Source of the DNA: Strigamia acuminata
Lineage: Eukaryota
DNA: 64,000 nucleotides
NCBI GenBank assembly: GCA_949358305.1
Contig: OX442314.1
Span: 5,518,001 to 5,582,000 of the forward strand
Direction of reading: 5' to 3'
A program made the position numbers and the translations under genes. The notes below the pieces were generated by a model that worked only from the letters and a program-made list of their open reading frames with translations, was not told the origin of the DNA and did no database searches. Every line of letters starts with the position of its first letter. Position 1 is the stretch's first letter. Below, one piece after another: positions 9,519-21,700 of this stretch.

Positions 9519-12500
9519 ATGAGAAATGATTGGAAGAAAGAAATTGAACGGGCCGTAAACAACGCTTCCGAGGATGACGATGAAGATCAAGTGGATTTGT
9601 TACAAATCATTGTAAACAACGAAGAGGGAAATTGGGACGAACCCAATGAACCCGATGTCCAACCCGACGTAAGTAAAAAATAGAAAAAATTCAATTATCG
9701 ATAATCAAAAATACGAAATAAGTTCGTGGACTGACCACAAACGAAGAAATAATTTAACTTTAAGTGACAAATTATCAAAATTAATCAAATACCGAAAGAA
9801 AAATTAACTTCAAGACACGTGGTCGAAAAGCACATGGCCGACCATGACGCCATCTTGTGTTAGACGAAAGAATCTCTACAAAAATATGACAAATTAATCA
9901 ACGATCCTAATATATTTATTAATATTCTAATATTTAGGACGGATATCGCACTACGTGGGGGCAAATCGACCCGAAAAGAGTTTCCGCAGGCAGCTTATGG
10001 CGCGAAGTAATCCCCATACTGTTCCGACAAGCGCTCGAAGAAGCGGTCGACTTTGAACCATGGAAAATTCGCCTTTTATTGTCCCGTGCGATCAGCCGCT
10101 ACTGGTCCAGCCAGCAAACGTTGATCCACTACATGCCGCGCCAATATCAAGCAGCTTTACGGGCAGTTATCTCGAGAAATATGGACCCGCCAGCGCCAAT
10201 CCCGAATCCACTAATCCGAGCCGCCTTTCCTGACGACCAGCGAGGATGGGACGTTTACGAACAATGGCGCGACGCCGAAACAGATGAAGAAAAACACCAG
10301 ATTCATATGGCATATTACGAAGAAGTAAGGCGGACCGCACATGACGAGGTTTTCAATTATCTACAGCCGGACGGTTACTCGACCGAGGAAATCAGGTTTT
10401 GGCTCCTTCAGATCCGCGAAGACCGGCCCGACCGCCCAGATTGGAGACCGAGACACGGTTTCATCACCTCGCAACGAGCAATGCATCAATTGCATTTTTT
10501 GGGCTTCTTTGGTCGCAAACGCCAGAAGGCCGAGAAACGTCTCTCCAACGAGCACGACGAAGCAGGCTGCTCAGCGAAGAAACCATGCCTGGACAAGCCA
10601 AGCACTTCCAGCAGCGCGCAGAATAAGAAACCCGCGACAGAGAAACGCCTGGCCAAACCAAGCGCTCTCTCTCGCCTGGGAAAGACGGAGATCCCACAAA
10701 CATCGCGATTTCAATCCAGGGATGCCCCGTCAACCAGCCGAAGAAGAGAAAATGTACGCGAACGCCCCGACCGCCGAGAAGATCAACGCCGACGCGATAG
10801 GAACCAAGAAAATTGGGACGATTATCGTAGAAATTACTTCCGACGGCGGGAAGAAAACAAGGAATCCTGGAATAGACACCGAGAGGAGTTCCTGCGCGAA
10901 CGTGATGAAAGAGCCCGACGTGAACGAGAGAACCTCCGTCTACAAGACGAACGAAGAAGGAGAGGATCGGAGAGTCGCGCACGTTCATGGAAAGCGTATC
11001 GTGAAGAAGAAATTCGACAGCGAGATAGGAGGCGCTGCGAAGATACACGATCAATTCGGGACAGTCCCGAACCAATGAAGATCGACGATGAGGTAATTAT
11101 CGACGAGGTCCCCGAGCAAAAGAAGATGTATACTCAGGCGGACCTCCTCGCGGTAGTTATGCAATACCAACAAATGCAGCCGAAACCAGTCTACCGCCCG
11201 ACTCCCTCGACCGCCTCGAGTCTAGAGACGGCGCCAAGTGCTTTCATCAAGCCGGAACTCTCGCAGACGAGAAGCGTAACATCCAGCGTCAGCCTCCCAA
11301 GCGCCTTTCGCAAGAAAGTGATAATCGGCGCACCGACACTGAGTTCTGAAGAACAACTCAGACATCGAGAAGCTCGCTTTGGACCGGCCAAAGTCGAACC
11401 TCTCCCAACTATCCCCGAAGCCTCAACTTCAACGAGAACTCCAATCGTTTGGGACAAGCCCGAACCGGAAAAATCAAGACGTCTGGTCAGATCTGTGCCT
11501 CAGCCAACGACATCCACGGGACCCAATCCGATGTTGCCAGCCCCAGCAGTCATCCAAGCCTCGACTCCAATCAACCCTTCGGAGGTAACGTTGCAACAGT
11601 TTCTGGAGGTAACGACCGTGGAGCAAGCTAGAGCGCTGTTGTGCGAGATGGACTCCTACCAACAAAACGTGATCCAAAACGTCATCACGAACCTTCAGCG
11701 GATCTCGATTGAATATACGCAGAACAAAAATCGGGATCATCCAAATTGGAATACGAGGATCGTGGTTGCCATTACCGACTTGATGTCGATTTTGCTGGCC
11801 GCCGCCACCTTCCGAAACGCACGTGTTGCTGTGGCAGCCTGGATCGTGGTGGCCCACGAGGGTTTCCAAGTCCCGCCGGCTCTCGTAGACAGCTGGACCC
11901 GCCTAGTGCCCTCTGCGGCAGTAATTCGAGCCCAAATGGTGGCCCAGGACCCGGATCCAGAGACCTCCTATCAGAACGTTCGAGCGATCATCCAACACCC
12001 ACGCCCGTCGTCTTCAGTGACCACACCCGTCGTGGAAACTCCGGCTCCCAGGGATCCGACGCCTCCTCCTCCGCCTCCGCCGAAGGAAAATAGACCTTCC
12101 GAACCACTGGCCGAACCAGTCTCGCTCAAAAAGAAGGAAACAAAAGGAAAATTGCTCCGCCCAAAATCGAGCATGAAAGCTTCAAAGACGGCCGAACCTC
12201 AGATCGCCGCCAGACTCCGGATGTACTTCCCGGGGTTGTCCTTGACGAAGGATACTGAAACAAAATTACTCCAAACCCCAGACCGTGGCTATTCTCTTTA
12301 TGTCTGGATGAAGAACGCTATCGAAGCTGGAGCCGGAGGCGATCGCTTCATCCAGCATCAACGACTACTCCGAGCCCATCGCGCGCCAACCAGCATTGCC
12401 GAGGCCCAAAGAATCCATCACACCAATCAGGGAATGTCGCCCTTTTTGCCGCCAATTTGGGCCCACGAACGAACGGGGAATCCGCTGGAAGCACCAGGTC

Positions 12501-12628
12501 ACTTACGTTTCTACTTGAACGAGAGCGAAGACCCCTCGGACTACTCTTCAAAATTGACCACATCTCCCAACCTGGACGAACCAAGTTCGGAAGATAAGCC
12601 AAGTTACGCCGATAACTTGAAGAAATAA
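9519..12628 (+). CDS. E1 spliced third ORF, unknown function (~946 aa; exons 9519-9668 and 9938-12628)
   Basis: ATG at 9519 opens 50 codons ending at a GTAAGT donor. A 269-nt AT-rich intron ends TTTAG at 9937 and joins the long ORF in frame. Homologous to E2 ORF3. Confidence 0.75.
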
Positions 12629-12822
12629 TTAATTACATATTCATAACGAGAAGACTGTCTTCTCTAAAAAACCCTGAAATTATTTATGTATCAATTTCAA
12701 GAATGTAAAATATTTTGTTCATCATTCATCATTATTTAATAAAAAGATTATTTATGATTAAAGATACTGCTCCACCTTTATTTAAAGGGGGGGCCCCGAT
12801 GATTTATTCTCGGGGAGGGACG

Positions 12823-13453
12823 TGTGGTGATTCAGCATCACCTGAAGAAGTAATTAGCGGTGATTATTGTGTTACTAATACTCGCCACTAGAGCGCGCTA
12901 GAAATACCGACTAGACTGACTAGTCGCGTGTTTCTGCGAACCTGCATAATCAGAAGGATTTGCATATGACGTCATTTCCGGTTAATATATATAGCCAATG
13001 CTTGACCGGAAACGACACTACAGTTACCACATTTCAGCAAGAGCACCATTTACCTCACCTTTCAGGCCGTTTCACGGATTGATCGAGGACCGGTGCCCGC
13101 TGACCATTTCAACTGTACAACAGCCACATTTATTTAGCGTAGCCAATCTACGCTAGAATAAATATTCGAACGATATTCGTTTAATTCGCACGAGAAAGCG
13201 AATTCTCGCGTGTTCATAATAACACGTGGAAATACCCTAGACAACAAACATAGACCACGCGTAGGACTAAACAATTGGATCCGCCATTGTTTAGCGGCAA
13301 CTCGTATTCGCAGCCGAATCCGAGGACCAACACAGGAAACATCTTGACTTATATTTGTATTAGTAAGCGTGTTTTAATAAAGCAGTATTTGAAATATATT
13401 GTATTCCCGAGTGTATTATTTATTATCTTTAACCACAAAGTCGAATCACGACA
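12823..13453 (+). repeat. E1 3' LTR
   Basis: Follows the PPT; copy of 1692-2322. Confidence 0.97.
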
Positions 13454-13839
13454 AACTTAAGTAATACATTACTCTATCGTGTGTCTGATAAGTGAGCATG
13501 CATGTGCAAAATAGGAGCAAAATTAGCCAAAATATGTGACGTCTGCTCCAATGTTTTCTACTGTTTACGAAATCATCCAGACCCATTAAACCGCAGTTCG
13601 GTTTGTTGGCGTAATCTTTTATCACGAGTTGAATTTCTGTACGTAGTTTTCTTAATCTTCGCATATTTCTTCCGATCAAGTAATTTCTTTGCATTTTACA
13701 GCTGTATTTTCTGTATGGTTGGCTAGACCACAGCTGAGTTCAGACTTGTCTCTTGTCTTCTGTTTACTATAATGTCTTATTTCTTATGGTAACTACTTCC
13801 ATGACGATTATTGATTCAATTATTTCTTGCCAACCTGAC

Positions 13840-14018
13840 TGTATAATTTAGACGTTGGGAGATAATTACATTGTTTAATTATTTATGGCAATGTTGTTCG
13901 TTTTACCGTCAATTTTTACCAGAGAATGTATAATTTAGACGTTGGGAGATAATTACATTGTTTAATTATTTATGGCAATGTTGTTCGTTTTACCGTCAAT
14001 TTTTACCAGAGAATGTAT
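13840..14018. repeat. 87-bp tandem duplication
   Basis: TGTATAATTTAGACG...CCAGAGAA repeated at 13840 and 13927. Confidence 0.9.
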
Positions 14019-14059
14019 ATCGGTCACGGTCCACACCCAATGACCTATAAAGTACAATC

Positions 14060-14812
14060 TCATCATTTTAGCGACAAAAAATTCGTTAAAATTGTGTGGT
14101 CGCTAAAATGGGATTTTGCTAAAATGAGTTCGGCCACATTAGCCTTGTTTGTCGTGGGGAGAGCGGTTGCATCGAGAGGCGGGGACCTGTCGGTGTCGGA
14201 GAGAGACAGTTTTTCGGAGGCCTGGGGGGTTGCTGACGAGGTCATGGGAGACGGTGGCTGTCGCGAGTGCCCCTCGTGCACAGAAGATGTGCCGCTGCCC
14301 TGTTTGGCCATCTTAGAGGAGACCGCAGAGAAGAAACGTGGTGTAGAGGCAGACGGGGATCCGTTGGTCCCAGGTCCCAGCGATGCGGTGGTAGTGGCCG
14401 TTGTATCATGACGATGAGTGGATGGAAAGAGTGGCGGGGGGCGAGGAGCAACCGGGACTCGGCCGGAGACAAAAGGACGACGACGACTGCCTCGAGGGAA
14501 AAGGTTGGAGAGTGGTGTTGTCGTGGCCAATACAGGACCTGTGTTGAGGGACGTGCCATTGTTGCCCTGGCCGTGCCAGATGTACAACTGGGTCAGGATG
14601 ATGAGAATGCCCGCTACGGCACCTGCTCAGAGCAAGCGCTCTGCGAACTACAGAATGATGTGGCTAAATTCGCTAAAATGGTGTGGTCGCTAAAATGGGG
14701 TTTTGCTAAAACGTGTCCTCTGCTGCGGAAATGTGATCTCATTTACGCTAAAATGAGATCGCTCAGATGGGCCTTAAAAATTAAAATTCGCTAAAACGGG
14801 CGTCGCTAATAA
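14060..14812. mobile_element. Putative non-autonomous DNA element with CGCTAAAATG repeats flanking a GC-rich insert
   Basis: Clusters of CGCTAAAATG at ~14095-14130 and ~14660-14810; same motif family at ~20700 and ~30825. No TSD resolved. Confidence 0.4.
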
Positions 14813-14829
14813 GGAGGGATCCGAATATA

Positions 14830-15610
14830 TGACAGAAACGGCTGAGGCTGCTTACCGCAAAAGCCAAATCTGGGCGAGTTGAGTTGGACAAGTAAATTAG
14901 TGCGCCAATTAATTTGCGGTATGGCACATTCTTCATTCTGTCCTTTTCCTTGTTGGTTTTGGGCGACATTTCTTTCGTCAATTTCAATGCTGCATTGATT
15001 GGCGTGCTAACGGCGTTACAGTTGGTCATGCTGAAACGTTCCAGGATTTCGTGTATATATTTAATTTGGATGATTCTCACGGTGTGGTTTATATCATCTT
15101 GATCTATTTCAAACAGTATTTTAGTTGTCCAATGTCCAATTTGTTGCTCAAGTTGGATTTGATTTTGTCCATTGTTGTAGAGTTTTCGGCTATTATAATC
15201 AGATCGTCTACGTAAACTGCTATTATGACTGATTTTCCATTTTCTAATCTGTAGAAGACGCACGGATCTTTGTTGCTGCGATTTAATTTCATCTTCTTGC
15301 AAAGGTGGCGGCTTAACTTCTTGTGCCAGTTTCTTTCGGCCTGTTTAAGTCCGTAGAGTGACTTTTTCAGCAAGCAAACCTTCTCCTCCAGTCCCTCTTC
15401 GATGAAACCATCTGGCTGTCGCATGAAAATTTCTTCATCAAGTTCGCCTTGAATGTAGGCAGCAACAACGTCCATTTGGTCGAATAACCATCCCTTCTCA
15501 ACTGCATACGCGATGAGAGTGCGAATGGAGTTGTAACGGACCACAGGGACGTAGGTTTCGTTGAAATCAACTCCCTTCTTCTGCATGAAACCTTTGGCAA
15601 CAAATTGTCC
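14830..15610 (-). pseudogene. Ty1/Copia reverse transcriptase fragment
   Basis: FVAKGFMQKKGVDFNETY, QMDVVAAY, LKKSLYGLKQ, VYVDDLII, YRKLIGALIYL...TRPDL; frameshift near 15120. Confidence 0.9.
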
Positions 15611-15619
15611 TTTTGTATC

Positions 15620-15950
15620 CCAAGGTTTGGGGATCGTTCGGGGATTGTTCCAGGGTTGTTCGGAGATCGTGTTTTCGGGGGTAGTTCGGGGGTCGATCAA
15701 ACGATCGACCCCCGACCGCCGAGGTGTTTATCGTTTGGGGCTTGTTTGGGGGTTGTTGGGGGTCTTTTGGGGGTCGCTTAAGGATTGTCAGAGATCGTTT
15801 GAAAGTCGTTCGGGGGTGGTTCAAGGGTCATTCGGGGATCGTTCAGGAATCGTTTGTCGTTTGGGATTGTTTAGAGATTGTTCCGGGATCGTACATTTGG
15901 GGGTTGTTTAGGGGTTGTTCCGGGATCGTACATTTGGGGGTCGTTTGTGT
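15620..15950. repeat. Degenerate GGGATCGTT/GGGGTTGTT minisatellite-like tract
   Basis: Short imperfect G-rich repeats; an exact ~33-bp duplication near 15876-15940. Confidence 0.6.
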
Positions 15951-16544
15951 TGAGATTAGGTGAATAAAAAGTTGTATTGTATCATTGTACTTCTATTTGA
16001 TACGTATATTGCGATTTGTAATTATGTAAAACTTCTAATTTCTCTCATTTGTACATATTTATTTGTTTTTCTAAATCCTAAAGACCACACTTGTATTTAC
16101 TGAGAATTGTAAACTTAGAATATTGGTTGTTTATATGATTTATCCTATATTTTGTGTGTTTTTCCAGGTCATGGATAAATATTGCAAGCAAATTGTAATA
16201 TTTATCTATTATTTTTCAGTTTGAAGTTTAAATATGTTGTCAATAGATGGCACCACTGCTGTGTGGAAGTTGCTATCTTGGTCACCAGATTGCCCTCATG
16301 TGTCAACATGTGACCAGATTGTCCCACTTGGCTAACAGGTTAGCTAATAGAGTGAGGAGCTCTAAAATCTCACTTCTGTTGCAAACCCCACAGAAACAAC
16401 AGGTGTATTGTATGGATCTTTGCTTTTCCCATCCTTGCCTTTCATGCCACTTTAATTATACTGTATGTATAAGCCAACAAGGTGGTAAGCAAGCAATAAA
16501 TCCACAAGATGCTAGCACAAACAAGAGTAGTGGAGCCAAATCAA

Positions 16545-17060
16545 ACTCCAAAGCCCTGATTTGCTACAACTAGAGATTTACCAGGTCATTTTGCGAGCAA
16601 TTGTACGGCACCCAAAGCACCAACAGACGACTAACAGTCTAAAGGTCGAGGTAAAGGGCGTGGCCAAGGTAAACGAAGAGGACGTACACAGCAAGTGCCA
16701 CCGAGTATGGTGACATGGTTTGCCAACGTCATCGGTTCACCTAGAGTGCGTAAATCATCTTTCGTGTGCAGTGCAACAGTGGAAGATCAATCAAGTGAGT
16801 GGTATTTGGATTCTTGTGCATCGCATCATGTATGTGGCGATCGTGATTTATTTTACAAATTCGCCAAACTTGTTCAATGCGTCTGGAACTTGGCAAAGGT
16901 TCATCTAACATTACTGGATGTGGTACTATAGAACTTTCAGTGAAAGTGAATGGTGTAGTGAATGTTATTGAACTGAAAAATGTGTAATACACAAACGTAA
17001 TTCAATTTCTATTGATAAGATTTAATTTTCTAAATTTCACATTCATATATTCACTAATGT
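16545..17060 (+). pseudogene. Degenerate Copia gag-knuckle/protease fragment
   Basis: Broken knuckle (ICYN...PGHFASNC) followed by EWYLDSCASHHVCGD; contains stops and frameshifts. Confidence 0.7.
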
Positions 17061-18749
17061 TGTGACTGGATATGGGCTTTCCCACTGCAGTCTGGGGATT
17101 GACTTCCATGGGAGGGACGCATTCTCACGTAATGATTGAGACAGAGACTCCGGATTGTTGGGTTTTGGCCTTTAATAGTTATCTAGGGGTCGGAGTCTCC
17201 CATATACCTATGCGTAGCAGTGCTGTTAGGCACAACATCAGCAACCGTCCCGTCACACACAGAGCACGAGCCCCATGGGTGATGTCGTCGATTACCAAAG
17301 GACATTCTATTGTACCCACCTTGTAAGATCCATGTAGCTGCTCACGGAGGCTGCAACAGGCACAATGCCATGTCACTGAGCGTCACGGTGATAAATGGTG
17401 AGCACAAGTAAAAGGTCAGCATAAGATACAGTTGCTTTTGCTGGCGTCGGGACCTTTGCCGCACATGTCTTCGCCTTCTACCGCACATCCTTCCTCTCAG
17501 CTCTCTGAACTCCGTCTCTCTCTCACCACATCACTCGGCTCCTCCTTTTCTAGCTGGGCCAGTCCACCCTGCAAAGGGGGACAGCCTTAGGGCCACTGCG
17601 CGGTGTGTGGAGTGACGCAGGTTACCGTGGGTGGCCAAGCGGTCACACAACAATAGACACTGAATTGGTTACATGATATTGTAGGTGGCAAATTAGACCT
17701 TGACGTAGACTTTTGATGGTTCAAGATACAAACTTACTCTGGTGAAAAAATAGAAGACAGTTGTGGCCTTAAAAAAGAGAAAAATGATATCTGGTGTCTA
17801 AATTGCTTCTACGCTGACATAAAAAAGAATGTTTTTCTCATTTTTGAAATAGCACTGTCTCAAGGTAGAAAAGTTTTCCCTAATTATACAGATGTGTTTT
17901 TTATTAATGATAAAGAAAGGATGCAGTTACGATGACGAACATAATGTGAAAATCAATACTGGTTTAGTAATAACAGTACTTAAAATTACAATTATACATC
18001 ATGTGGTCTAAATATCATACTGCATTGGTTCACTAATTCCTACTTTTCAATAATTTTGATGCCTGCTGTAGATGGTTACGAGATGTGATGTAAGTTTAAA
18101 AGGTAATTTCACTAATCACAAAACGATTTTTTGCACTACCATAATGAGTTGTGTAACGTAAAAAACAAGCTAAAGTGTAAACACCAAATAGAACACTCAA
18201 CATACAAGTATGGTGCTAACTAACTTGTGATAAAACACCCAAAACAATTGATCCTGCATCCAAAAACTTGATGGCCACTTTAGGTGGCTTTAATACAAAA
18301 TTTACCATTTAATAAACTGAGTGCTTATCTCTTCACTTCACGTAGAACAAGATTACTATTACAAATGATTCTCAACGAAATACCATATTTGTCCCGTTTG
18401 GATCAGAAAAATTGAAATTTTTTCCAGCGTGGCTTTAATATTCACATCGATTGTCCAAGCAGACTTTGAAGCAATTAAAGCTAGGCGCATTCAATAACGT
18501 TGTTTAAATTTTCGTCTAAAACGAATTTTTAGACGAAAAGTTTGGTTTCTGAATGCAATCGTTTAATTGGTAAATAACGAATGTTTCACTGCAAAACTTG
18601 ATCTGGGATTCCAGATCAAGTTCCAGGTCATATTCCCGCTGCAAGTCGCATACGGGTATTTTTTTTTTTGAAATTTTCGTTTCCTCACTTTTTTCAATTG
18701 TTTCCAGTCCTAATAATTACTGGAGTGATTAATATTGTTGTTTAAAAGT

Positions 18750-21700
18750 TCATGCAAACGGGTTTAAACGACCATTTATGTGTTTTTGAATGCGCCTACT
18801 GTTTACAATGAAAATGTAGAAAGATAGTAATGACATTCCCAAACCTAATCCTACAATGCTGCCGATATCGCTTAACAATTGAGAGATTGGATATTTCTGT
18901 TTCTCTTCTATGTTCTCGGTGAAACTATCAGCGAATCGAATATTTGCAAACGTGAAGAAATTAACTGGTAATTTAGCCCCGTACAAAATGGGATGGTAAA
19001 ATATATGTTCGCAAGGTTGTTTACATTTGCACTGTTTTAGATTCGAGTCGTAGTTCTTGAAGTATGTAGTATGAGCGATAGAAATATCTTTTGCAGTGTT
19101 ACAATCGGGCAAAGTAGAAGTTAGCATATACGGTAGCCTGAAAAATAAAAACAAGATCTACCGGTAATTAATGAATAAACGACAACGAAATGTGAAAATA
19201 AATAAAAATAAATGTGAAAAAAGCAAATACAGGGTGTCCCAAAAGTCTGAACCACCCCAAGTAATTTCCAAAATACTTGAGATATCAGAAAACTGAAGTA
19301 AAACTCATAGGGGGGGGGGAATCTTTCATTGCGAATCTGATGGGATCCACAAATTTGACCTCAAAGGTCATTTTCAAGGTCATTCACTTGCTAACTTCTA
19401 AACCAATCAGGTTAGAGCAAAATTTCCAATTACAAATTTGTAGAGAACCATCTAATTAGTCTAGAACTGTTCTTAAAAAAATTATTTCTTACGGAAAAGT
19501 TTTGAGAAAAAAAGGTTTGAAATGTTAGTCTACTCAGCTTTGTAACTCAGCTTTGTAACTTAAAACTATTGAGGCAACCAAGCTAATCCTCAATTAGGAC
19601 ACTTTATTGGGTCATACTTGTAAGTGGAAGAGAGGAAACACAAAAGAAAGGAAATAATTTATTTTGAAAATACATTCCACATGATAGTTTTAAGTTACAA
19701 AGCTGAGTAGACTAACATTTCAAACCTTTTTTTCTCAAAACTTTTCCGTGAGAAATAATTTTTTTAAGAACAGTTCTAGACTAATTAGATGGTTCTCTAC
19801 AACTTTGTAATTGGAAATTTTGCTCTAACCTGATTGGTTTAGAAGTTAGCAAGTGAATGACCTTGAAAATGACCTTTGAGGTCAAATTTGAGGATCCCAT
19901 CAGATTCGCAATAAAAGATTCCCCCCCCTATGAGTTTTTCTTCAGTTTTCGGATATCTCAAGTATTTTGGAAATTACTTGGGGTGGTTCAGACTTTTGGG
20001 ACACCCTGTATAGATGCGTGAAGTTGTAAACAAGCATGTTAATACATAGCAATCTGCACTGAGGCGTGAATAAAATGAAAAAGTGTCAAGCAGTTACCCT
20101 ACCTGCAGTTAATGCTTCGAAATAAATTGTTTTGCATGCAAGCGTTTTTACACATCAAATAAGCAGTTTTGTTTTCTTCACATGGATTGCGCTTTGTATT
20201 TCGTCGTGCACTCTATTTGATAAAATCAAGGTTGGTATTAACTTGATGTACTGTAGTCAACATATTGTTTAATTAAATACCTTATATATTCGAAGTATTA
20301 CATCATTCCACCAACCATATATTAAATCCAATGGTTCCAGAAAGTTAACTTCCTCATCCTGGTTATTTAGGAATAACTGTATGAATAATATAGTTCAAAA
20401 TTAAGTGGCTTTGTGTCTTAGTTTTCTTTAGTTAAAATTGATTTATTCAACTGAATGAGAGAATTTGCTTCATCGAAATGATAAGTTATTCACAAACCTT
20501 TTTAACAGCCCAAAATGCATCACATTGCTGGTTGACAGATATCCAGAACCAGCTGACTACATTGCTTGTCGTTCAACTCAATTCCTGTCAACTGGATTCT
20601 AGCCTGACGAATCTGGTACACCTTAGCGACCAAACCTTAGCATTTAGCACCCTGATGACAAGGCCAAACAATTGGCAGCCATTTGCTTAAATTATGTTTT
20701 GGTCGCTAAGATGGGCGTCGCTAAAACGTACCATCTTAGCTCAAAGATTGACGACGTATAGTCACTTAATCCGAGCCTGACAAGATTCAGGTGTTTTACT
20801 GTCCATTGATTTTTACCATACCTTCATATGCTGGTAACACACTTCTGAAGGAAATAAATGTTCAAATACAAATTCGAGGTGAACCATTTGGTTATTTGTT
20901 TTTTCTGAAAAACAGTGAAAAGATCTGCATCAATTTTCAAACGAATCAGCAATTTTAATTACAGTTAAATACGAATTTGAAAAGGGCATTCAACTGCTTT
21001 ATACACAATCGCCTTAAAATGAAGGAATGAACTTTACACAATTTTTGTCTTAAAAACTGATTGTCCAAGAGCATGATTGGGCTGCAGAGATAATTTGGGG
21101 AAATCATTTTCGATTAGACTGAAAAACCTTTAAAAAATTGCCAATTAATCTCATGCTGAAATGGTGGCAAAACAAAGCAATGTCATCAATGGGCTGGGCA
21201 GTTAACTCAATTCACTTTATCAAAACAAATTTGACACCTTGTCCCAAAAATCCCCAAAATTCCCAAATCACCTAACTTTGCGGTATGTGTGTCTGTGAAA
21301 TTACCTGCTGCATTTACATGCTTGTGCGTTGTGGTGATCTCGAATTGTTTCACCACTTAGGAAGTAAAATATTAATTATTTCCTAATTAATTTGGCTTGG
21401 CACACGCCAAGTCAGATCATGTGACCGAGGGGAGAAAACTTCCTTAGGCACATATCACCTCAGGTTGGCTGGGGTTGAAAACGGCGATTAGCCATTATGG
21501 AGCAATATGATGTAATAATCCTTTGTTGCACCAGTTTTAGCTAATTGCGCAGATTATCTGTGCAATATTGAAGCGTGCCGGGCTCGCGCCCTAGCTTCAA
21601 TCGGGACTCTAAAATAAACATCACAACCCACAACATCACTGCTCTTTCCTCTGAATTAGTATTGACAGTGGACCGTGAGTAATTTTAGTTTCACCAAGCT

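Larger units (their letters stand above)
1692..13453 (+). mobile_element. Full-length Ty3/Gypsy LTR retrotransposon E1
   Basis: 631-bp LTRs at 1692-2322 and 12823-13453 (TG...CA, no differences seen by eye). TSD AACT at 1688-1691 and 13454-13457, with the empty site visible in paralog 3 (~33668-33690). PBS, PPT GGGGAGGGA at 12812-12820, gag, pol and ORF3 present. Confidence 0.97.
268..13694 (-). pseudogene. DEG/ENaC paralog 1, exon 1 interrupted by Gypsy E1; only domain A plus linker visible
   Basis: Exon 1 is split at VMYYLS|YPTTVDV by E1. Later exons are colinear with paralog 2 down to TM2 (LLSDLGGNLGLFLGLS). Homology ends at ~284-292 within the inter-domain linker; stop at 268-270. Confidence 0.8.

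Noticed and set aside
10079..12628. ORF3 as an env gene (errantivirus-like)
   Set aside because: No signal peptide, C-terminal TM anchor or Cys-rich ectodomain; composition is Arg/Pro/Ser-rich.
17060..17650. Possible LINE/SINE fragment, partly repeated at 25770-25930
   Set aside because: More GC-rich than its flanks, but no coding motif, tail or TSD that I could identify.
18480..18640. Palindromes downstream of the channel stop codon as regulatory RNA
   Set aside because: Present in both duplicates only through the recent duplication; more likely a MITE remnant.
20400..21330. A third fused subunit that would make a single-chain trimer
   Set aside because: The exon chain closes with only two TM1/TM2 pairs; this interval holds one 83-nt exon plus intron and TE remnants.
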